Assembly (NCBI GenBank): GCA_030390025.1
Contig: CM059432.1
Span: 122,948,001 to 123,012,000 of the forward strand
Direction: 5' to 3'
Origin: Squalus acanthias
Lineage: Eukaryota
Length of the DNA: 64,000 nt
Below, one piece after another: positions 13,744 through 23,821 of the stretch. The translations under genes and the position numbers were made by a program. The notes under the pieces are model-generated. The model searched no databases and was not told the DNA's origin. It worked only from the letters and a program-made list of their open reading frames with translations. Position 1 is the stretch's first letter. Each line of letters opens with the position of its first letter.

Positions 13744-15431
13744 TATTTTCCAAGGAGTTTGTGGCCTGCTTATACTTCTACCAAAATGCACCACCTCACA
13801 AACTTTATTTGCCAATTGCCTGCCCATTCTGCAAGTTTATTAATGTCGTCTTGTATTTTGTCATTCTTCCTCAGAATTAACTATGCCCCCAATTTGGTGT
13901 CCTCTGCAAATTTTGAAATAGTACTTCAGATTCCCGAGTCCAAATCGTTTATGTAAATGGTGAACAGCAGTTTGCCCAGCACCGATCCTTATGGAACACC
14001 ACTTCCCACCTTTGCCGGTCTATGTAACTACCCTTAATTCCTCTCTGTTTTCTGTTTTGTAGCCAGCTTGCTGTCCATTCTGCTTCTTATCCCCTGACTC
14101 CACATGCTCTGACCTTAGTTATGAGTGTACTATGATCGAAAGCCTACCTTATCAAGGCCTCTTGAAAATTCAAATATATTACATATACTGCATTACCTTT
14201 GCCTACTTTTTCTGTTACTTCAAAGAATTCAGTAAGGTTGGTCAAGGTTGACCTTCCCGTGCTGACTTTTTTTCGGTTTCTAGATGTTTTTCTATTACAT
14301 CTTTGAGTAAAATTCCATTATCTTTCTTACCACCAATGTTCAACTAACTGGTCTATATTCCCTGAACTTATTCTGTCTCACTTTTTTGAATATAGGAATC
14401 ACGTTAGCTGTCCGCCAGTCCTCTGGCACTATTCCCTTTTCTAATGAAATTTTATATATATGTAATAGTACCTCTGCTAACTCTTCACTATCTTCTTTTA
14501 ATATGCGTGGGTGCAATCCATCTGGACTAGGGGTTTTATAATCTCTAAATTTGATTAGTTTTTCAATTAATAGATTCTTGGAATCTTACAACACAGAAGC
14601 ATTTGGCCTGTCGTTCCTGTGCCGGCTCTTTGAAAGAGCTGGCCAATTTAGTCCCACACCCCAGCTTTTTCTCCATAACCCTGCAAATTAGTTGGCTTCA
14701 AAAACATGTCCAGTTGCTTTTTGAAAGTTCCCATGGACTCTGATTCCATCACCCTTTCAGTTAGTGCATTCCAGATCATAACAACCCTCTGTGTGAAATA
14801 ATTTCTCCTCATTTCCCCGCTAGTTCTTTTTCCAATGATTTTAAATCTATGATCTCTGGTTACCGACCCACTTGCTAGAGGAAACAGTTTGTCTCTAATT
14901 GCTCTAGCAAAACCTTTCATAATTTTGAATACCTCAATTAGGCCTCCCCTTAACCGTCTCTGTCTTAAGGAGAACAATCCATGCTTCTCCGATCTCTCCA
15001 CATAATTGAAGTCCCTCAACCCTAGTATCATCCTGGTAAATCTCCTCTCTAAGACCTTGATATCCTTCCTAAAGTATGGTGCCCAGAATTGTACACACTA
15101 CTCCAGCTGAGGCCTAACCAGTGATTTGTAAAGGTATAGAATGACTTTCTTGTTTTTGTATTCAATGCCCCTATTTATAAAGCCTAGTATCCTATATGCT
15201 TTCTTAACTGCCTTATCAACTTGCCCTGCCACCTTCAAAGATTTGTGAATATGCACCAACAGGTCCCTCTGCCCTTGCCCTCAAAATAGAACCATTTCGA
15301 TTATACTGCCTCTCCATGTTGTTTCTCCCAAAGTGCATCACTTCACACTTACCCACATTAAATTGCATCTGCCCTATGTCTGTCCATTTCACCAGTCTGT
15401 GTATGTCCTCCCTGAAGTCTGCTACTATCCT

Positions 15432-16009
15432 GAATAACAACAGAAAACGCTGGAAAAACTCAGCAGGCCAGGCAGCATCCGTGGAGAGAGAAAGAGAGTT
15501 AACGTTTCAGGTCGATGACCTTTCATCAGAACTGGGAAGAGCCGGAAATCAAATAGATTTAAGGCCAGGGTAAAGCTGGGAAAAGGGGGAGGGGATAAAG
15601 GAACAAAGGGGGAGATGGAGAGACATTAAGAGACATTAAGAGATATGCAAGGCTAGAGGTGGTGTTAATGTGACAGATTAAGGCTGAATGAAGTGTGAAA
15701 TCCACTGGCAGAAGACAGCTGCCAGCTTCTAGGAGGAAAAAAAAGGTGGGGGGGGACAAATAAAAGGGTGGATAAAATAAAATATAAATGTGATTGGAGC
15801 TGAGGTTATGATCTAAAATTGTTGAACTCGATATTGAGTCCAGAGGGCTGTAGCATGCCTAAACGAAAGATGAGGTGCTGTTCCTCGAGCTTACGCTGAG
15901 CTTCCGTGGAACAGTGTAATAGGCCGAGGACGGTGAGGTCAGAGTGGGAGTGAAGCGGTGAATTAAAGTGACAGGCCACCGGGAGCTCGGGGTCCGCCTT
16001 ACGGACTGA
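15432..16009 (-). mobile_element. Penelope-like retroelement 3' fragment
   Basis: The minus strand encodes LGLLHCSTEAQRKLEEQHLIFRLGMLQPSGLNIEFNNFRS (GIY-YIG C-terminal motif). Flanked by the direct repeat ACTATCCT (15424-15431, 16010-16017). Confidence 0.85.
15497..15533 (-). ncRNA. Minimal type I hammerhead ribozyme motif (Penelope-associated)
   Basis: AGUU-CUGAUGA-A-AGGUC-auc-GACCU-GAA-ACGU-U-AACU: conserved core, helix II, helix I AGUU/AACU, palindromic ACGU in place of helix III. Confidence 0.7.
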
Positions 16010-18080
16010 ACTATCCTCCTCACTATTTACTATGTTGTCAAATTTTGTATCATCCGCAAACTTCTAAATTGTACTTCCTATACCTAAGTCCAGGTCATTT
16101 GTATATAACAAGAAAACTAATGATCCTATTACTGACCCCTTGTGGGGGGAACCCCACTTGATACTTTACCCCAGTCAGAAAAAACAGCCTTTCAGCGCTA
16201 TTCTCTGCCTCCTGTCCCTTAGCTAATTACATACCCAAGTTTCCACCGTCCCTTTAATACCATGGATGCAATTTAATACCATGTGCTTCTATTTTCCGAA
16301 TAAGCCTGTTATGTGGTGCTTTATCAAATGCCTTTTGAAAGTCCATAAAAACAACATCTACTGCACTACCTTCACCAACCCTCTCTGTTGCTTCGTAAAA
16401 GAACTCAATCAGGTTAGTCAGACATGATTTGCCTTTAACAAATCTGTGCTGGCTGTCCTTTATTAACACATGCTTCTCCAAGTGAGAATTAATTTTGTCC
16501 TTGACACTGGTCTCTAGTCATTTTCCCACCACTGACGTTGGACTGATTGGCCTGTATTTACCAGGTTCATCCCTCTCTCCTTTTTTGAACAGGGGTGTAA
16601 CATTTGCAATCCTCCAGTCCTCTGGCACCACTTCCATATACAAGGAGCATTGAAAGATTGTGGTCAGAGCTTCTGCTATCCCATCTGGACCAGTTGTCAT
16701 GTTAACTTTGAGTGATACCAACCTATTTAGCACCTCCTTTCTCACTATTTTTATCCTATCCAATATCTCCACTCCCCTCATCTACTGCAGCATTAACTTC
16801 TTCTTAGTGAAGACAGATGCAAAGTACTCATTCAGTACCTCAGTCATGCCCTCTGCCTCCACAAGAAGATTTCCTTTTTTGTCCCTAATTGGCCCCACAA
16901 TTCCTTTGGCTATCCTTTTACTTTTTATATGTTTATAAAAAAATTTGGGTTCCCTCTTATTACCCGTTGTGTCTTTATTCATCTATGGTGTTTCATTATT
17001 GGCTAGTTTGTTCTTTAGCGGAGTATATTTCTCCTGAACTCTGTTGATCACCTTTTTAAATATTCCCCACTGCTGTTCTATCTCATTATCTGTCAATTAT
17101 TTTTCCAGTTTACCTTCCCTAGTTCCATTCTCATCCCCTCAAAATTAGTGGTTTTTTCAATCTATTACTTTGGTCTTTGTCTTGTGTTTTTCTCAATCAT
17201 TATTTGAAACCTCGTTATGTTGTGATTGCTATTGCCTAGATATTCCCCTCTGCTTACTTCTCTTATCTACTCTGTTTCATTTCCCATTACTGGATCCAGC
17301 AGTGATTCCTCTCTTGTTGGGCTTCTTGCGTACCGGGTAAGAAAGGAGTCCTGAACACACTGCACAGAACTCCATTCCCATTTCCGCTTTATCTACCTCT
17401 TGCCAGTTTATTTGGGGGTAGATGAAATCTCCCATGATTATCATTCTATGTTCTTTACTGTTTTCATAGATTTGCTTTCTTATTTCTTCCTCCACTTCCC
17501 TTCTACTATTAGGTGGTCTGTAGAATACCCCTATTTAACAAAAAAAAAAATTTGCTTATGGGATGTGGGTGTTGCTGGCAAGGCCAGCATTTATTGCCCC
17601 ATCCCTAATTGCCCTTGAGAAGGTAGTGGTGAGCCACCGCCTTGAACCGCTGCAGTCCGTGTGGTGAAGGTACTCCCATAGTGCTGTTAGGTAGGGAGTT
17701 CCAGGATTTTGACCCAGTGATGATGAAGGATCAGTGATATACTTCTAAGTCAGGATGGTGTGTGACTTGGAGGGGAACTTGGAGGTGGTGGTGTTCCCAT
17801 GCGCCTGCTGCCCTTGTCCTTCTAGGTGGAAGAGGTCGTGGGTTTGGGAGGTGTTGCCGAAGAAGACTTAGCGAGTTGCTGCTGTGTATCTTGTAGATGG
17901 TATACACTGTAGCCACAGTATGCCGGTGGTGGAGGGAGTGAATGTTTAAGTTGGTGAATGAGGTGCCAATCAAGCGGGCTACTTTGTCCTGGATGGTGTT
18001 GAGCTTCTTGAGTGTTGTTGGAGCTGCACTCATCCAGGCAAGTGGAGAGTATTCCGTCACACTCCTTACTTAGAGTCATA

Positions 18081-18826
18081 GGCTCATAATTTCCGATAGG
18101 AGGCTTCCTGCGTGCGGATGCCTCCTATCGGGGAAAAAAATCTACGAACTTACCTGAGGGCTCCCGAGGTCCGGACACTTCCACCCCTGGGCCTCTCCAA
18201 AGTCAAAATGCACAGGGCCCACGTATCTCAGGGGTGCATGCAGTTCGCAAGCATCCCTGGGATCACGTGGGCCAGGCCAGCCAATAGGAGAAGGAAATCT
18301 CCCTTCATACTTTTGACAGATAGACCTGTCGAATATGGAGATCACCCCAAAAATACACTAAAACATCAAATACATTTTTAAAAAACCATCACGTTTTTAA
18401 AATGAGTTAAAATGACATTAAATATTTTAAACAAAAATGTGATTTTTCGAAAAAAATAAAGTTTTTTACGAGGCTAAAAATAAACTTACCTTTTTTAAAA
18501 GTATTTTTAAATTATAAATGAGTGAAATTTTTTTTTTTTTACTTATTTCAACTCTTTTATGCTGGTAAAAGCAGGCCTTATGCCTGCTTTTACCAGGAGT
18601 AAGATTTCTAAGGGTTATCAGTGGGCGGAGGTTCTGCAGAAAGCAGAGTTCTCCACCCGCAGAGGCCCTTCTCCAGGGCAGGCGTCCGATCTGTCAAGAG
18701 CATTCTTGACAGATCGGAAATGCCAGTTTTCAGCTCATGTGCTTCGCATGCCTGAAACCGGCATTTCCGATGTCCCTACGGGTTACACAGCCCGTACACA
18801 CCCGTAGGCATCGGAAAATACGGGCC
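18081..18826. mobile_element. PIF/Harbinger-type MITE
   Basis: Imperfect 17-bp TIRs GGCTCATAATTTCCGAT / ATCGGAAAATACGGGCC, 3-bp TSD ATA, no transposase ORF. Confidence 0.8.
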
Positions 18827-19348
18827 ATAGAGTCATAACGGCACAGAAGGAGGCCATTCGGCCCATCGAGTCCGTGCCGGCTCTCTGTAGAGCAATCCAG
18901 TCAATCCCATTCCCCCACTCCATCCCCGTAGCCCTGCAAGTTTATTTCCCTCACGTGCCTATCCAGTCTCCCCTTGAAAACATTGAGTGTCTCCGCTTCC
19001 ACCAATTCTGTCGGCAGCGAATTCCAGGTCATCACCACTCGCTGCGTAAAAAAGTTTTTCCTCACAACCCCCCTGTATCTCTTGTCCAAAACCTTAAATC
19101 TGTGTCCCCTAGTCCTTGTACCATCAACTAGTGGGAACAGCCTTTCCCCGTCTAGCTTATCCAAACCCGTCATAATCCTGTACACCTCAAATCACCCCTC
19201 AACCTCCTTTGCTCTAATGAAAACAAATCCAGCTTCTCCAACCTGTCCTTGTAGCTAAGATCCCCCATCCCCGGAACCATTCTGGTAAATCTCCTCTGCA
19301 CCCTCTCAAGGACCTTCACATCCTTCCTAAAGTGTGGTGACCAGAACT
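18827..19348 (-). mobile_element. CR1 LINE 3' fragment nested in the family-B LINE
   Basis: RTRGHRFKV...FFTQRVVMTWNSLP motif; its (tagagtca)n tail is split by the MITE (remainder at 18071-18080). Confidence 0.88.
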
Positions 19349-20502
19349 TGTGCCTTGTAGATGGTGGAAAGGGTTTGGGGAGTCAGGAGGTGAGACACTC
19401 GCTGCAGAATACCTAGCCTCTGACCTGCTCTTGTTGCCACAGTATTTATGTGGCTGCTCCAGTTAAGTTTCTGGTCAATGGTGACCCCCAGGATGTTGAT
19501 GGTGGGGGATTCGGCGATGGTATTACCGTTGAATGTCAAGGGGCGGTGGTTAGATTCTCGCTTCTTGGAGATAGTCATTCCCTGGCACTTGTGTGGCGCG
19601 AATGTTACCTGCCACTTATCAGCTCAAGCCTGACCGTCGTCCAGGTCTTGTTACATGCGGGCATGGACTGCTTCATTATCTGAGGAGTTGTGAATGGCGC
19701 TGAACACTGTGCAGTCATCAGCGAACATCCCCATTTCTGACCTTATGTTGGAGGGAAGGTCATTGATGAAGCAGCTGAAGATGGTTGGGCCTAGGACACT
19801 GCCCTGAGGAACTCCTGCAGCAATGTCCTGGGGCTGTAATGATTGACCTTCAACCACCACAACCATCTTCCTTTGTGCTAGGTATGACTCCAGCCAGTGG
19901 AGAGTTTTCCCCCCGATTCCCATTGACTTCAGTTTTACTAGGGCTCCTTGATGCCACACTCGGTCAAATGCTGCCTTGATGACAAGGGCAGTCACTCTCA
20001 CCTCACCTCTGGAATTCAGCTCCTTTGTCCATGTTTGCACCAAGGCTGTAATGAGATTGGGAGCCGAGTGGTCTTGGCAGAACCCAAACTGGGCATCAGT
20101 GAGCAGGTTATTGGTGAGTAAGTGCCGCTTGATAGCATTGTTGACGACACCTTCCATCACTTTGCTGATGATTGAGAGTAGACTGATGGGGCGGTAATTG
20201 GCCGGATTGGATTTGTCCTACTTTTTGTGGACAGGACATACAGTGGCAGTTTTTCACATTGTCGGATAGATGCCAGTGTTATCGCTGTACTGGAACAGCT
20301 CAGCTAGAGGCGCGGCTAGTTCTGGAGCACAAGTCTTCAGCACGATAGCCGGGATGTTGTCTGGCCCCATAGCCTTTGCTGTATCCAGTGCGCGCAGCCG
20401 TTTCTTGATATCAGGTGGAGTGAATCGCATTGGCGTGATCAATCTCTTTTTATTCTTTATCTCAATCCATATAGATTCTATTTTTATCTTAATGTTAGTT
20501 AC

Positions 20503-20937
20503 GGGAATGGTAGCATAGTGGCTATGTTACTGAACTAGTAATCCAGAGGCCTGGACTAATGATCCGTAGACATGAGTTCAGATCCCACCACGGCAGCTGT
20601 GGAATTTAAATTCAGTTAATGAAATAAATCTGGAATAAAAAGCTAGTATCAGTAATGGTTACCATGAAACTAACGGATTGTTGTAAAGACCCATCTGGTT
20701 CACTAATTTCCTTTAGGGAAGGAAATCTGCCGTCCTTACCTGGTCTGGCCTATATGTGACTCCAGACCCACAGCAATGTGGTTGACTCTTAACGGCCCTC
20801 AGAATTGTACCAAACTACTCAAAGAAGTTATCACCACATGGACTGCAGCGGTTCAAGAAGGCGGCTCACCTTGGGCATGGGCAATAAATTCTGGCCTTGC
20901 CAGTGACGCCCACATCCTGTGAATGAATAAAAAAAAG
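20503..20937 (+). mobile_element. tRNA-derived SINE with a 3' tail from the family-B LINE
   Basis: A-box-like TAGCATAGTGG and B-box-like GAGTTCAGATCCC; 20840-20935 matches the family-B LINE 3' end. Confidence 0.75.
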
Positions 20938-22187
20938 TCCCTTTTTTCTCCTGCTGTTATGTTATCTCTAATAAGTACAGCTACCCACCCCCCCCCTTCT
21001 TCCTTCCCGAACCTTTCTAAATACATTATACCCTGCAATATTTAACGACCAGTCCTGTTCTATATTAAGCCATGTTTCAGTTCTCCCTACTACATCTGAC
21101 TCCTCGCTATGAATTATTGCCTCCCTTTCCTCCACTTTGTTCTGGATGCTCTGAACATTGCTGTACAGGCAATTTAATTCGTTTTTATTAATTTTTCCAC
21201 TTATTTTATTTTCAACAGTCATTTTTTATACTTGTGTTCTATAACTATCTCTTCCCTGACTGTTATCCTTATTCCTTACCTTGATCTGACCTTTACTCTC
21301 ATCTCGGCTATTTCTTTTATCTTCAGTATTATGTTATTTTTACCAGATTCCTCCCTCCATCTTACTTCAAGACATTTTTTCCCTTCCTTTTCACAGCTTG
21401 AGTCTTAACTACACAAAGAACTGTATTGTAAAAGCTGGATCAGATCACAGAACTGTACAAAATTTCACTCGGAAATGCTGTCTGATACTCGTCTGAAAGA
21501 TTGTAGGATAGTAACCAACTTTTCTGGAGTGGGGAAGAGCAAGATTCTTTTCAAGGCCTTTTAAAAATGTTCTTTTCCTTGTCAAAATCTCCTGTGAGTG
21601 GGCACTCACAGGCCTCTGCCAACGAATCTCTGCAATTGGTTGCTAGGAGATACGGGAGGGCAGCCTGAGGATAGCTCTGTTTCTTGCTCTCTCTCTCACT
21701 CTGGACTCTTTTTCTTACCATTCTACGTGGGGAGGGTCTTGGCCTCCAGTCGGAATCTAGCCACAATGGCATGAATGTGATCAGGAGCTCGGTGTGGGGA
21801 AGGGAGGCTCCGGGCATGAAGCATCAGCTCACCATTTTGCAGCACCTTGTTTGCACTCCAACGCACTGTATCCTGTATTCCAGCTATCAAAGGATTAAAG
21901 GTGATTTCAATACATATGCACTGTTTCATGAGTTAATAGCCAGCTGAGTTTAAACTGAAATCTGTTTATATTGTTTAGTGATAAATAGTATGTTAGAGGG
22001 CTGTGCTGATAGTTACAGTTTTACATGATGTACTATACAACAGGCCCTTAGATTATGAAGCTGGCTGAGACCTCATGAGCATGATCAGTCTACCTCTTTT
22101 TCATGCACTGCTCTGCATGCTTGTTCTCATTACCATATTTAACATAGAAATCAATGAATTTTCAGGGCAATACCATTTATGCCCGAG

Positions 22188-22653
22188 TGTCCGCCGTGGC
22201 TCAGTTGGTAGCACCATCACCTCTGAGTCAGAAGGTTGTGGGTTCAAGTCCCACTCCAGAGACTTGAGCACAAAAATCTAGGCTGACACTCCAGTGCAGT
22301 AATGAGGGAGTGCTGCACTGTCGGAGGTGCCGTCTTTCGGATGAGACGTTAAACTGAGGTCCTGTCTGCTCTCTCGGGTGGACGTAAAAGATCCCATGGC
22401 AATATTCGAAAAACGGGCATTATCCCCGGTGTCCTGGCCAATATTTATCCCTCTATCAACATCACTAAAAAAAAATAGATTATCTGGTCATTATCATATT
22501 ACTGTTTGTGGGAGCTTGCTGTGTGCAAATTGGCTGCCGCGTTTCCTACATTACAACAGCGAATACGCTTCAAAATTGCTTCATTGGCTGTAAAGCGCTT
22601 TGGGATGTCCGGTGGTCGTGAAAAGCGCTATATAAATGCAAGTCTTTTCTTTC
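22188..22653 (+). mobile_element. tRNA-derived SINE, Deu-domain-like (SacSINE1/AmnSINE-type core), L2-like tail
   Basis: A box TGGCTCAGTTGG, B box GGTTCAAGTCCC, core GAGGTGCCGTCTTTCGGATGAGACGTTAAAC, tail gcgctatataaatgcaagtctttt. Confidence 0.85.
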
Positions 22654-22656
22654 TAG

Positions 22657-22756
22657 GATAATAGTGTTTGCAAAGTGTATGAAATCTTGATCTCGGAGAC
22701 TGTTGACCTGGTTCTTCGGAAATCTGCAGCAGAGCAACTGGCTATTATGGCACAAG
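22657..22756 (+). CDS. RTTN: Rotatin coding exon (4th)
   Basis: ttctag|GAT...CAAG|gtaagt; 100 nt; DNSVCKVYEILISETVDLVLRKSAAEQLAIMAQ. Confidence 0.94.
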
Positions 22757-23821
22757 GTAAGTGCCTCCTATGCATATAAAATGTATTGTACTGCAAAGTG
22801 GATTTCCACCTTCTTGGGTACTGAGGAATGAGTGATCCTGGGATGGGGCTCAATATTGTGGTAAATGGCACATGATTAGTACACCTCTTGCAATTTTAAG
22901 GATCTGTTAGCAAAGACTGCAGTAATGGGCATCACAGAATACTAAGAAGTGTTGGCACCTGCTCTTTCCCTCTACATGGTGGATTAATAGTTAACGTTGT
23001 ACTGTGATGAGCAAGAATTAAGTGCAAGACAACCTCGTCCACATAGAGGAGGGCAATTGAGGGCATCCCGGACCATTCTCACACACCTCCTGGGTGCCTG
23101 CTAACAGATATATGGAAAAATGTTGCCTGTGCACCTATTCAGCCATGCATTAGGCAGGACACAGGAGGAGCACATAAATCAAGAAAATAATAAGCATCAT
23201 ACAATTGAGGAAGGAGAAAATACTCTCTCTACGTTTGGAAACGGCAATTGCATCCACTCTGCGCCTGCTCTCTCTCTTTGCTTTTCTGGACCAAGGCTCA
23301 GTGGGTTCACTGCTGAATGGCTGAGCCATACAGACCAGGAAGAATCGAAGTTCGATTCCCAATCTGTGTTGAGTTATCTGATCGCAGCCTGGACAGAGTC
23401 GGAAGAATTAGAATTATCCTTGAGTTAAGTAAGGGAAAAATCATTCATGGTTACTGCCGTCAGTGACTGCTGATAGAAGTGTGTATGCATGAATGTCATC
23501 TGAGGACAGTATTGGGATGGTGCCTCATTGTTACATATCCTGTTAGTACCCACTGTAGAGACTCCTACATGAAGAATGTCCGCTCAAGTGTGATATAACA
23601 TGGTGCCTGGAGCTCCTAGAACTATATCTCAATGGCCAGTTAAATGTTTTCAGGAAAGGAGCATTGCAGATTGTTTGGAAAAAAAGAAAAGAAAATCACA
23701 GAAAGTGCTTAGATTAGCTCTTTGCTGCTACATAGATACATAGAAGATAGGAGCAGGAGTAGGCCATCCGGCCCTTCGAGCCTGCTCCGCCATTTAATGA
23801 GATCATGGCTGATCCTTCAAT

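Larger units (their letters stand above)
13760..17530 (-). mobile_element. Cluster of degenerate CR1 LINEs (older piece 13760-14550; longer element 14570-17530 interrupted by a Penelope-like insert)
   Basis: ORF fragments for RT (SCLTNLIEFF, DFQKAFDK), tether (WRIANVTPLFKKG) and the C-terminus. Confidence 0.85.
17550..20430 (-). mobile_element. CR1-group LINE (family B), interrupted at 18071-19348
   Basis: RT ORF 19651-20160 (AAFDRVWH...GVPQGSVLGP...FADD); host sequence is continuous across the insertion by comparison with the 59762-60425 copy. Confidence 0.88.

Noticed and set aside
22188..22262. tRNA gene (also 45197, 46204, 20503)
   Set aside because: The A/B boxes belong to SINE heads that continue into SINE bodies; no clean cloverleaf followed by a terminator.
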